From Methanobrevibacter sp. (GTDB taxonomy: Archaea > Methanobacteriota > Methanobacteria > Methanobacteriales > Methanobacteriaceae), in the NCBI RefSeq assembly GCF_045636185.1, contig NZ_JAZTXC010000109.1, positions 3,187 through 67,186 of the forward strand: a stretch of DNA of 64,000 nucleotides, written 5' to 3'. The notes beneath the pieces were generated by a model. It saw only the letters and a list, made by a program, of their open reading frames with translations. It was not told where the DNA came from and ran no database searches. Every line of letters begins with the position of its first letter. Within the stretch, counting starts at the first letter, position 1. This document shows positions 12,138 to 24,800 of this stretch, piece after piece. The position numbers and the translations under genes are program-made.

Positions 12138-12668
12138 ATGCTAATAGGATTAATTTCAGATACACATATTCCAGATAGGGCCAGAATAATTCCCCAAAAC
12201 GTTTTAGATGCATTTAAAGATGTTGATTTGATTATCCATGCAGGAGATTTAACAACACAATCAGTTATTGATGAATTAGAAGAAATAGCTCCCGTAATGG
12301 CCATTCAAGGAAACATGGATAGAGTTGCAGGTCTTGATTTGCCAAAGGCTAGAACAATTGAGGTTGAAGGCATTAAAATAGGAGTAGTCCATGGTGAAGT
12401 TTATCCGAGAGGCGATACTCAGCAATTATTATACTTAGCAAAGCAATTGGATGTGAATATTTTAATTTCTGGACATTCACATCAACCAAAAATAGAGCAA
12501 ATTGAAGATGTTTTGCTTTTAAATCCTGGAAGTCCGATTGTGCCTAGACTTGCAGACAGAACCGTGATGTTGCTTGAAGTTAATGATAAAAATGTTGATG
12601 TGGAAATAATTAAAATTGGCGCCCCAGTATGTAGTGCACTTGATTTTACACAATATCCGGAGGATTAA
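12138..12668 (+). CDS. Metallophosphoesterase (YfcE/Vps29 family)
   Basis: SDTH, HAGD, GNMD, HGE, SGHSH and NPGS motifs. Confidence 0.93.
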   Translation: MLIGLISDTHIPDRARIIPQNVLDAFKDVDLIIHAGDLTTQSVIDELEEIAPVMAIQGNMDRVAGLDLPKARTIEVEGIKIGVVHGEVYPRGDTQQLLYLAKQLDVNILISGHSHQPKIEQIEDVLLLNPGSPIVPRLADRTVMLLEVNDKNVDVEIIKIGAPVCSALDFTQYPED

Positions 12669-12669
12669 A

Positions 12670-13287
12670 ATGGGCAGTAAATGGCAAATGGAGAGAAAAA
12701 GCGATCCATATTACAAAAGAGCAAAAGCAGAAGATTACCGTTCAAGAGCATCTTACAAACTTAAACAATTAGATAAAAAATATAAGATTATAAAACAATC
12801 AAATACCGTTGTTGACCTTGGAGCCGCACCCGGAGGATGGTCACAGGTAGCTTTAGAAAGAGTCGGAGAAGAAGGTATAGTGGTTGGTGTTGACCTCAAT
12901 CATATCAGAGCACTTCCCGAAGAAAATTATTATAGAATAAAAGGAGATTTCACAACACAGGAAGTTCAGGACAAGATTATGCGTGTTATTGGAGGAAAAG
13001 CAAAAGTGGTAATGAGTGATGCTTCTCCAGAATTATGCGGTATTAAAAATCTAGATCAATTAAGGTCCATTGATTTGACAAATGCAGTTATTGGAATAGC
13101 AGATAATATTCTAGAACATAAAGGCAATTTAGTTATGAAAGTATTTCAAGGCCCAGAATATAAAGCTATGCTGGATGGCCTTAAAAAGAAATTTAGACAA
13201 GTTAAAACAACCAAACCTCCATCCTCACGTAAAAAAAGCTCTGAAATGTATGTTGTTGGCTTAGGATATAAACATCGCGTTAAATAA
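12670..13287 (+). CDS. rlmE: 23S rRNA Um2552 2'-O-methyltransferase (RlmE/FtsJ)
   Basis: [31 protein letters not shown] and SRKKSSEMY motifs. The ATG at 12670 directly follows the upstream stop (track start is 12616). Confidence 0.95.
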   Translation: MGSKWQMERKSDPYYKRAKAEDYRSRASYKLKQLDKKYKIIKQSNTVVDLGAAPGGWSQVALERVGEEGIVVGVDLNHIRALPEENYYRIKGDFTTQEVQDKIMRVIGGKAKVVMSDASPELCGIKNLDQLRSIDLTNAVIGIADNILEHKGNLVMKVFQGPEYKAMLDGLKKKFRQVKTTKPPSSRKKSSEMYVVGLGYKHRVK

Positions 13288-13342
13288 ATTTCCTTAAAAT
13301 ATGAAAATACATCATGCCATAATTTCAGTGCAACAAATAATA

Positions 13343-13352
13343 TTATATATAA
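13343..13352 (+). promoter_or_regulatory. Candidate archaeal TATA box for the NRPS gene
   Basis: TTATATATAA lies about 50 nt upstream of the ATG, after an A-rich BRE-like stretch. Weak evidence in AT-rich DNA. Confidence 0.3.
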
Positions 13353-13398
13353 TATAAACCTAATAATATTTGTAAAAAATATATGATAAATTGATACT

Positions 13399-15850
13399 AT
13401 GAATAATTTGTTTAATAATTCAGATGATAAACTTGAAAAAAATGAATATCTGAATACAAAGGAATTTAATAAAGATTTAAAATACTGGAATGATATGCTT
13501 TCAGATGCAGAAAAGTATGTGAAATTTTATAACATTAAATCAAATTCATATAAAACCAAAAAAGTAACTCTTAAAAACAAATCACCCCATACTTTTTTAA
13601 ATAAGAATAACATTTCTAGATTTAATTTTATAACTGGAATATTTTCTTTATACTTATCCCGTGTTGACAAAACTCAAGGATGCTTATTTAATACTATCAA
13701 TAAAAATTCCGGTAAAACAACACTATTAAAAATTGATTATGATGAAAATATATCATTTAATGAGCATTTAAGTAAAATAGAATATATTATAAATGAAACA
13801 AAAAAGCATAGCAAAGCAGATATTGAAAATTATACTGATATCAAATCATTTTACTCAATTTATGATTTAACAGACTTAAATAATAATTCCATTGCCAATG
13901 AAGAAAAATGTGCTTTAATACTGAATATCCATAAGGATTCACTGGAATTAATATATAATACTGATTTATTTGAAGAAATTTACATTGACCATATGCTAAT
14001 GAATATTGAATCAGTAATCGATAATGTTCTAAATTCATCAAATCAACTTTGTAAAAATATTCCAATAATAAGTGAAGAAGATAAATCATTAATTGCAGAA
14101 TTTTGTAAAAGTGACAGAGTTGATGTTGATAATGATAAAACAATAGGATTGGCTGTCCATGAAAATGCAATTAAGAATCCTAATAGTATTGCAATAGACG
14201 ATGGAGATAAACAATTAACTTATTTGGAATTTGATAAATTAACAAATTCAATTGCATATGATTTGATTAATAACTATAATATTAATCAAGGAACTCCAGT
14301 CTGCTTAATGATATCACGGAATTATTATTTTCCTGCATTAGTCATAGCGCTTAATAAAATTGGTGCCGCATCCATTCCAATTGATCCAGAATATCCTCAA
14401 AAACGTATTGAACATATGATAAACATCTCCGAATCCCAAAATATCATCATATCTAAAGAATATGAAGATTTATATGATTTTGATATCAACACAATCATCG
14501 CAAATGATTTAGAAACTAATAATAATATTGATTTTGAAATAAAAAGTTCTGGTGATGATTTATTTACCATAATGTTTACTTCAGGTACAACAGGTCTTCC
14601 AAAAGGAGTAAAAATCTCCAATAAACAAATTAGCGGAATAAGTAATGCTTATAGAAAGATATTTGATATTTCCGGAGAAGAAATTATTGGCTGCTATGCA
14701 AGTTTTAGTTTTGTCGGATCTTATGGAATGTATTGGGCATTATACCTTGGTGCAAGTGCTAGAATTTTTAATGAAGATGAGCGGAAAGACAGTTTATTGT
14801 TAATAAAAAAACTTAAAGAAAAACCTATAGATATAATAACTTTACCTCCTAGTGTAGGTATTCCTATTTTTGAAAATGATGATTTGAAAATAAGATATAT
14901 GACATTAGCAGGTGCAAAGATAAATGAATTAGAATATAGGGAAAATTATACAAAACTAGTTAATTTTTATGGGTCAACCGAAGTAATTTTAGCAATTACT
15001 AAAATTTTTGATTTGAAAAATATGGATAAACATATCCCTCTCGGTAAACCACTAAGTAATACCTGGGCATATATTTTAGATAAAAATAATGAACAAGTTC
15101 CTATTGGCGTTCCTGGAGAAATATGCATTTCAAGCGAATATATAAGTCCGGGATATATCAACGATAATTTATCCGACAATAGTTTTATTGATAACCCCCA
15201 CTCTGATTGTGAAAGCAATAAAAGAATGTATAAAACGGGAGATATTGGTTTTTATAATTTTGATGGTGAAATTGAAATCATCGGCCGTGAAGATAATCAA
15301 TTATCCGTTAGAGGTTTTCGTGTAGAAACAAATGAAATAATAAACACGTTAAATAATTTTAATATAAAAGAAAGCTATTTAGATGTAGAAAACGATACAT
15401 TGATATTATATTATACTACAACAGACAATGTAAATATAGATGACATTAAAAACGCTTTAAAAATGGAATTACCTGAATATATGATTCCTTCACTATTTAT
15501 TAAATTAGATAAAATTCCATTAAATGTAAATGGTAAAATAGACAAATTTGCATTGAAAAAAATCGGTGAAAATAACATTAATGAAGATGTTGATGATGAA
15601 ATCCTTAAAACCATTATTGAAGGATTTAAAAAGGTTTTAAACAAAGATTTCATATTAATAGATGATGATTTCGTTGCTTTAGGTGGAAATTCACTATCTT
15701 CAATGAAATTACAACTATATTTAAAAAATGAATTAAATGTAGATATATCCTCCAATAAATTAATCGAATTGTCAACACCACTTAAAATTAGTGACTTTAT
15801 CAAATTTAATTCAAATGAAATAAATAATGAAGTTAATTATACTTTTGATG
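13399..15850 (+). other. NRPS module 1 (starter): truncated C-lobe, divergent A domain, T domain
   Basis: About 215 aa of C-domain-like sequence (KDLKYWNDML; GIFSLYLSR) with no HHxxxD. A domain has FTSGTTG, SFSFVGS, FYGSTE, YKTGD and NGKIDK. T domain has GGNSL. Boundaries approximate. Confidence 0.85.
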
Positions 15851-18800
15851 ACTTATGCCCATTATCCGAATCCCAATTAAATGTTTATTTGGATGAAATT
15901 GCAAATGATGTGGGAAGTGCATATAATAATTCATTCAAAATAAAATTCAATGATTCTTATTCAATTAACGAAATTAAAAGTGCATTAAATAAATTATTTA
16001 AAATCCATCCTATTTTAAAAGCACGTGTTTTAATAGATAATGATGTGCCTTCTTTTTGTTTTGATGGTGAACCAAAAATCATTGAAGGATCCCCAGCAGA
16101 TATTGAAAGCTTTGTACATCCTTTTGAGATAGATAAATATTTATCTCGTTTTTTAATTGTTAAAGAAGGCGAAACATTAATATTATGTATGGATTGTCAC
16201 CATTTAATATTCGACGGAACATCCATTAATATCCTATTAGATAATATATTTGCCATTTTAAATGAAAATATTGATGATTTTGTTGATAATGGAGTTTTAA
16301 GACAGGTTTCATTTGAAGAAAATAATATTATTGACTCCAATTACATGAATGATGGAAAAAAATTCTTTGATGAAATGTTAACTGACAGGGAAGAATGTTA
16401 TGATTTATTATCATCCATAGATAAAGAAAATAAAAATAATGAGTATAACGATTATTTAACAATAGAAAATGAATATTTAGATTCATTTTTACAAGATAAT
16501 TCAATCACATATAACCAATTTTTCACCAGCGTATTTGCTTACACACTATCAAGATTCACCGGTTCATCAAAAGTTCTATTTAATTTAGTTGAAGACGGAA
16601 GAGGACAACTGGATTTATCAAATTCAATAGGAATGTATGTTCGTACATTGCCGTTACTTATTGATTGTAAAAATCAAAACACAAATTCCTTCCTAAAATA
16701 TTCATCAAAATTAGTTAATTCCACCATGAAATATGATTTTTATCCATTCCATATTCTAGCAAATGAATACGATTTAAATTCAGATATAATTTTCCAATTT
16801 GCACAGGATATTTTTTATAAAACAGCCAATAATAAATTTATAAAGTCTATTGAAGAATTAAAACATGATTTTCAGGGCGATATGGCATTTTATATTTTTA
16901 ATTCTGGAGAGGAAAAATATGGAATTAAAATCTTATATTCAGATAAATTTAATAAAAACATGATTAAACGATTTGTAGAAACATACAAACTTATTTTACA
17001 GGAATTTACTAAAGTAAAACAATTATCTGAGATTAATTATACCTTAACATCAGATTTAAAATTATTAGATACAATTAATAAAACAGAACATGAATTAGAA
17101 TACGAAGATATTTTAGATGCATTTAATGATAATCTTTCCAAATATCCCAACAATAAAATTGTATCCTACAAAAATCGTTCATATACATATGCTGAAGTTG
17201 CATACATAGCAAATAAAATAGCCAATTGTTTAAAAGATATGGGCGTTAAAAAACAGGATAATGTTGCATTTATGGTTGAACGTAGCGAATACTATATGTT
17301 CTGTCCATTAACTATACTATCTATGGGAGCCTGTTATGTTCCACTTGATGACAAGCATCCTGATGAGCGTATTGAATTCATATTAAATGACACTCAATCC
17401 AAAGTTGTTATTGTGAGCGATGAAACCTATAAAAGGGTTAAAAACTTGAACAATAATGTTAATCTTTTAAACATTTCAGAATTAATGAAAGAGGATATTG
17501 GAACTTTATCCAATTTAGATGTTGATTATGGAGAGCTAACCTGTATTCTGTATACAAGCGGTACTACAGGTGTTCCTAAAGGTGTTAAAATAACTAGAAA
17601 ATCCCTTGTTAACTTAGCTGAAGTTTATCGGGACAAATATGAATTAACCAATAATGATATTTATGGCCTATTTTCAACAATTGGTTTTGATGCTGCATTA
17701 TTAGCAATAGTTACTGTTTTATACAGTGGTGCATGTTTATCCATTATTCCAAATGACATCAGATTAGATATAGAAAAAATGAATGAATATTTCATAAACC
17801 ACGGTGTTACTCATACATTAATTACAACACAGGTTGGAAAATTATTCATAGAAAATGTAATCCACACTTCACTAAAAGTTTTACTTGTGGGTGGAGAAAA
17901 ATTAGGTGAATTCGAAAGTCCGAAAGATTATACTTTAGTTGATGCATTTGGTCCGACAGAAGCTTGTGTATTCATTTCTTCAATTAAAAATATTGATAAA
18001 ATAGATTCTTCTTCAATAGGCCCATTAAGTTATAATACTAAAGCTTATGTATTAGATGATGAACTTAGACGTGTACCGCTAGGTGCTATCGGAGAATTAT
18101 ATATTTCAGGTTACCAACTATCTGATGGATACTTGAACCGTGAAAAAGAAACCGAAGAAGCATTTATAGAAAATCCATTTGAGAATAATGAAAATTATAA
18201 AGTAATGTACTCCAGTGGGGACATGGTTAGAGTATTAAGTGATGGATCATTGGCTATTGTTGGTCGTAGCGATAGTCAAGTAAAAATTAGAGGAAATCGT
18301 GTCGAATTATCAGAAATTGAAGAAGTAATTCGTGAATTAAATCTTATTAAAGATGTTACAATCCAAACTATTGAGAATAATGGTAATAATGAATTAGTAG
18401 CTTATGTTGTTACATCAAATGACGTTGATAACCTTAAAGATTATGTATGCAATCATGTAATTAAAAATAAACCAGAATATATGGTTCCATCATTTGTCAT
18501 CGAAATAGATGAAATTCCATTAAACATCAATGGTAAAGTAAATAAAAAAGCTTTACCGGAAGTTGATTTAGAAAGTTTACATGTTGAATATATTGCTCCA
18601 ACGACAAAAGAAGAAAAAGACATTGTGAATGCATTTAAATCTGTGTATAATCAAGAAAAAATTAGTATTTATGATGATTTTGCTCGATTGGGAGGAGATT
18701 CACTAACTGCCATAAGATTAATATCCAATCTTAAAGAGTATGATATTTCAGCAGCAGATATTTTAAGTTTACGCACACCAAAAGCAATAGCGGAAAATAT

Positions 18801-21800
18801 TAACGAAAATTCTTTTGATTTAGATGTTTATTCTTTAGATGATGGATGTCCTTTAAATGAACCTCAATTAAATGTATATTTAGACATTATTGCAAATAAC
18901 AAGTATGATTCATACATTATTCCGGTGAAAATGAATATTTCAAAAAAATATTCAAAAGAGAATCTATGCAATGCGTTACAGGAAATGCTTAATGTTCATC
19001 CAATATTAAATATGTGCATAAGTGATGAATTTGAAGTTCCATATTTAGTGAAAGGGAAAAAGCCAGAAATTGGGATTAAATCCGAAATTGATGATGAATT
19101 GCTTAATAAATTTTTAACTGAAAGATTTGATTTGCATAACAGTTTATCAAGATTTTTAATTATTGAAAATGATGACAAATATAACCTGTATGGTGTTTTC
19201 CATCATTTAATATTTGATGGATTATCTAAAAATGCATTTAAAAAAGATTTATTAAGTATACTTAATGGTAATTTAGTTGATGTTGATGATTCATTCTTAA
19301 AAATATCTGCATTTAACGAACAAATTCAAGAAAAAGAACAATTTAATGATGCTAAAAACTTTTATGACATAATGTTAGCAGATAATGACGAAGTTAGTGT
19401 TTTATTAGATGATGCAGTAGATAATGAATCCGGAACTTATACAATAAATCTTGATAAGAACATAAAGGAATTTATTAGAAATAAAAATATCGGAGAAAAC
19501 ATATTATTTACTAGTGTCTTTGCTTATACTTTATCCAGATTTACTGGTAGTGAAAAAGTATTATTCAACATAGTCGAAAATGGACGAGACAGACTAAACA
19601 ACTACAATTCAATCGGAATGTATGTAAATACATTGCCATTATTAGTTGATTGTAAAAATCAATCCATTACCGAATTTATTAATTATATGCAAGATTTAGT
19701 TTATAATGTAATGCGATATAACTATTATCCATTCAGATTTTTAGCAAATGAGTACAATATAGATTCCAATATTATTTTCCAATATCAGCCAAAATGGTTT
19801 AATGAAACTAATAATGATGAAAATGCCATTACTGAAGATATGATTAATAACATGACTGGTTTTATTAATGATTTAAATACTGCAGTTATAGAAAAAGAAG
19901 ATTCTTATGAGTTAAATATTACATATTCAGACAAATACTCAAAAAACACAATAGAACATATTGCTAAAACATATAAATTAATATTATCCCAAATAATTGA
20001 AATCAATGAATTGTCTGATATAAATCTAACTGCAGAAGAGGACATCAAACTTTTAAATTCATATAATAAGACAGAATGCACTTTAAAATATGGAGATATA
20101 ATAAAAGAATTTAATAACAATTTATTAAGACATGAAGACAAAATTCTTGTTGGATATGAAGATGAATCATATACCTATGGGGAAAGTGCATTCATTGTAA
20201 ATGAAATAGCTAATGAATTAACCAACATGGGCATCATTAAACAGGATTATGTATCATTATTTGTTGAACGTTCAGAGTGGTATTTACTTGCAAGTTTAGG
20301 AGTTTTAACAATAGACAGCATTTATGTTCCTATTGAGGCCACTTATCCTGATGAACGTATTATTTTAATGTTAAAGGACACACAATCAAAAGTTGTTATT
20401 GTAACAGATAAGACAGAACAAAAGATGCTTAAAATTATTTTAGATAACGACTTGAATGTTGATGTCTTAAATGTATCCCAAATTACTGATGAAGAGATTG
20501 GCAGTTTAACTAATTTAAATTCAATTGAAGTTGGCGAAAATGATATTGGCTGTGTTTTATACACCAGCGGTACTACAGGTACTCCTAAAGGTTCCCTGAT
20601 TACACGTAAAGCCATTAATAACTTTGTTTCATGGTATGTTGAAGAAACCAATTTTACATCAGAGGATACTTATGGAATGCATTGCTCCTATGTATTTGAT
20701 ATTCACACAGCGGCCCTATATGCTCCAATAATTACTGGCGGATCATTATATGTAGTGCCAGAAGACATTAGATTAAATTTAAAAGCTTTGAATGATTATT
20801 ATGTTGAACATGAATGTACCCACACATACATTACAAGTCAGGTAGGTAAATTATTCGCTGAAAGCGGCATGAAAACTACCATCAAATTATTGTGTTTCGG
20901 TGGAATGAAGCTTGGAGAGTTAAATGCTCCAGATTCCATCGGTCCATTTGAAACCTATGGTCCGTCTGAAAATTTAGCAGTTTCTACAAGTATCTGGGCC
21001 AACAAACGTATACATCACACAAGCATTGGCAGATTTATTAGCAATGTTAAAGGATATGTTCTAGATAATGAACATCGCCGTGTTCCATTAGGTGCTGTAG
21101 GAGAATTATACCTCGCAGGCCATCAATTAAGTAAAGGATACTTAAATCGTGCAAAAGAAAATGAAAAAGCATTTTTCGATAATCCATTCGATTATGAAAA
21201 AGGATACGAGAAAATTTACAGTACTGGAGATATGGTTAGATTCCTACCGGACGGAACAATAGCTATTGTAGATCGTCGAGATAATCAAGTAAAAATCAGA
21301 GGAAACCGTGTAGAACTGCCTGAAGTCGAATCAGCAATTAGAAGAATTGATTATGTTGATGATGTGACAGTTCAGATAATTGATAACAAAGGTAATAATG
21401 AATTAGTAGCTTATGTTGTCGTATCAAATGAATTGACGGGAGATGCACTTGAAAATTCAATCAAAAAATATGTATCGCAGCATAAACCTGATTATATGGT
21501 TCCTTCATTTATCATTGGTTTAGATGAAATCCCATTAAATGTTAATGGTAAAGTAGATAAAAAAGCATTACCTAAAGTTGATTTAGATAGTTTACGTGCA
21601 GAATATGTTGCACCAAGAAATGAAATAGAAAAAGACATTGTAAAAGCTTTTGAAGAAGTATTTAATCAAGAAAAAATTAGTATAAACGATGATTTCAGCC
21701 GTTTAGGTGGAGATTCATTAACCGCCATTAAATTATTATCAAATCTTAAAGATTATAATCTTTCAGCGGCAGACATTTTAAGTTTAAACACACCAAAAGC

Positions 21801-24800
21801 AATTGCAGAGAATATTAACGAATGTTCTTTTAATTTTGACAAATATTCTATTGAAAGAGGATGTCCGTTAAATGAACCTCAATTAAATGTGTATTTAGAT
21901 ATTATTGCAAACAATAAAATTGATTCATACCTTATTCCACTAAATATGAATATTCCAAAGAGATATTCTGGAGAAAATATACATAATGCTTTAAATGAAA
22001 TGATTAATGTTCATCCAATCCTTAATATGTGTGTAAGCGATGAATTTAATGTTCCATATTTAGTGAAAGGAAACAAACCAGAAATTTCAATTAAATCCGA
22101 AATTGATGATGAAACACTCAATAAATTTTTAAAACAGCCATTTGATTTATATGAAAGCTTATGCCGATTTTTGATTATTGAAAATAATGATGAAAACATA
22201 GTATATGCGGTTTTCCACCATTTAATATTTGATGGATTATCTGAAACAGTATTTAAAAAAGATTTATTAGCATTACTTGATAATGAAACAGTTGATATCG
22301 ATAATTCATTTTTAAAAGTATCTGCATTTAACCAACAAATACAGCAGGCCAAAGAATATGAAATTGCTAAAGAATTTTATGATTTGATGTTGGCAGATAA
22401 TGAAGATGCAAATAATTTATTAGACGACATATCTACTGACGGACCAGGAGTTTATCGTATAGAGTTAAATAAAAATATTGGAGAGACTATCAAAAAGAAT
22501 AACATTAATGAAAATGTATTATTCACAGGCGTTTTTGCTTATACATTATCTAGATTCACAGGTAGTGAAAAAGTCTTATTTAATATTGTTGAGAACGGAC
22601 GGGACAGATTTGGCAATTTCAATTCAATAGGAATGTATGTTAATACTTTGCCGTTATTAGTTGATTGTAAAAATCAGTCCAGTTTAAATTTCATTAAATA
22701 TATGTCTGAATTAATTTATGATGTGATAAGATACAACTACTACCCATTTAGATTACTATCTAATGAATATAATATTAATTCCAGCATTATTTTCCAGTAT
22801 GTCCCAGATTGGTTTGGTGAAAATAGCAATGAATCCAATGCAGATATTATTAAAGACATGACTGATTTTATCAGTGATTTGAGTGTGGATGTAGTTCAAA
22901 ATAAAGACAAATATTCATTAAATATCATGTATTCAGATAAATACTGTGAAAATACCATAAAACATTTTGCAAAGACATATGAATTAATATTATACCAAAT
23001 AATTAGTGCTGAGAAATTATCTGATATTGATATTATTACTGATGGCGATATTAAACTTTTAGATAGCTATAATCAAACACAAGAAGAAGTAAGCTGTAAT
23101 GATATTTTAGATGCATTTAACGCTAATTTACCAGAACATGAAAATGACATTCTAATCGGTTATGAAGGCAATGTTTATACGCATGGCCAGTGTGCATTTG
23201 TTGCAAACGAAATTGCAAATAAATTAGGTGATCTCGGCGCCAAATCCCAAGATTTCATTTCATTATTTGTTAATCGTTCTGAATGGTATTTGTTAGCCAG
23301 CATGGGTATTTTATCAATGGGTGGAGCTTATGTGCCTATTGATACAAGTTATCCTAACGAACGTATTATTTTAATGTTGAAAGACAGCCATTCAAAAGCA
23401 GTTATCGTAACAGATGAATCAGAACAGAAGATCCGCGACATTATTTTAGAAAATGATTTAAATGTTGATGTTTTGAATGTATCTGATTTAATTAACGACA
23501 ATATTGGTAGTTTAAACCATTTATATAATACTGCTATTAGTGAAAATGATATTGGTTCCTTATTATACACTAGTGGTACAACTGGCATTCCTAAAGGAGT
23601 TAAAATTACTCGAAAAGCCATAAATAACTTTGTTTCATGGTATGTTAAAGAAACGAATTTCACATCACAAGATGTCTTTGGACTGCATTCTTCCTATGTA
23701 TTTGATATGCATACACATGGATTATTTGCCCCGGTTATTAGTGGAGGTTCATTATATGTGGTTCCTGAAGATATCAGATTAGATTTGAAAGCTTTAAATG
23801 ATTTCTTTATCGAACATAATTGTACTCATACTTTCATCACAACCCAAATAGGTAAGTTATTTGCCGAAAGCGGTATGGATACAACAATTAAGTTATTATG
23901 TTTAGGTGGCATGACACTTGGTGAATTGAATGCTCCGGATTCCATCGGCCCGCTTGAAATTTATGGTCCTTCCGAAAACTTAGCAGTTTCCACAAGCATT
24001 CCTGCCAACAAACGTATACATCACACAAGCATAGGCGGATTTATTGACAATGTCAAAGGTTATGTTCTTGATAATGAACACCGTCGTGTTCCATTAGGTG
24101 CAGTAGGAGAATTATATCTTGCAGGCCATCAATTAACACCAGGTTATTTAAATAATAAAGAAGAAAATGCCAAAGCATTCTTTGATAATCCATTTGATAA
24201 TGAAAAAGGATATGAACGTATTTATAAGACTGGAGATATTGTAAGATTCTTAAGTGACGGCACTTTAGGTTTTGTAGGTAGAAGAGATAATCAAGTAAAA
24301 ATCAGAGGAAACCGTGTAGAGCTGCCCGAAGTTGAATCAGTAATCAGAAGCATAGATTATGTTGATGATGTTACAGTCCAAGCAATAAATAATAAGGGCA
24401 ATAATGAATTAGTAGCGTATGTAGTTGTATCCAACGAATCAACTGGCGATGCACTTGCAAATTTAATCAAAGATTATGTATCACAACACAAGCCGGATTA
24501 CATGATTCCATCATTCATCATTAATCTGGATGAAATTCCATTAAATGTCAATGGTAAAGTAGATAAAAAAGCATTGCCCGAAGTTGATTTAGATAGTTTA
24601 CGTGCAGAATATGTCGCTCCAGTAACAGAAACACAAAAAATAATAGTTAACGCTTTTGAAATCATATTTAATCAGGAAAACATTAGTCTATATGATGACT
24701 TCATTCGTTTAGGTGGAGATTCCATTAAATCCATTCGCCTTATATCAATGCTCCAAAATGACAATATTTCATGCACTGCTCAAGATATACTAAATTACAA

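Noticed and set aside
13288-13398. Mobile-element boundaries (terminal inverted repeats, target duplications, integrase) around the NRPS
   Set aside because: No matching direct or inverted repeats were found between the 111-bp upstream gap and the 11-bp downstream gap, and no integrase or transposase is adjacent.
13399-15850. Cereulide/valinomycin-type keto-acid depsipeptide module suggested by the Val-Gly at positions 235-236 of A1
   Set aside because: No ketoreductase domain (no GGxGxxG Rossmann motif or extra 400+ aa) is present in module 1. Ester-forming keto-acid reduction is not supported; only a non-amino-acid starter is claimed.
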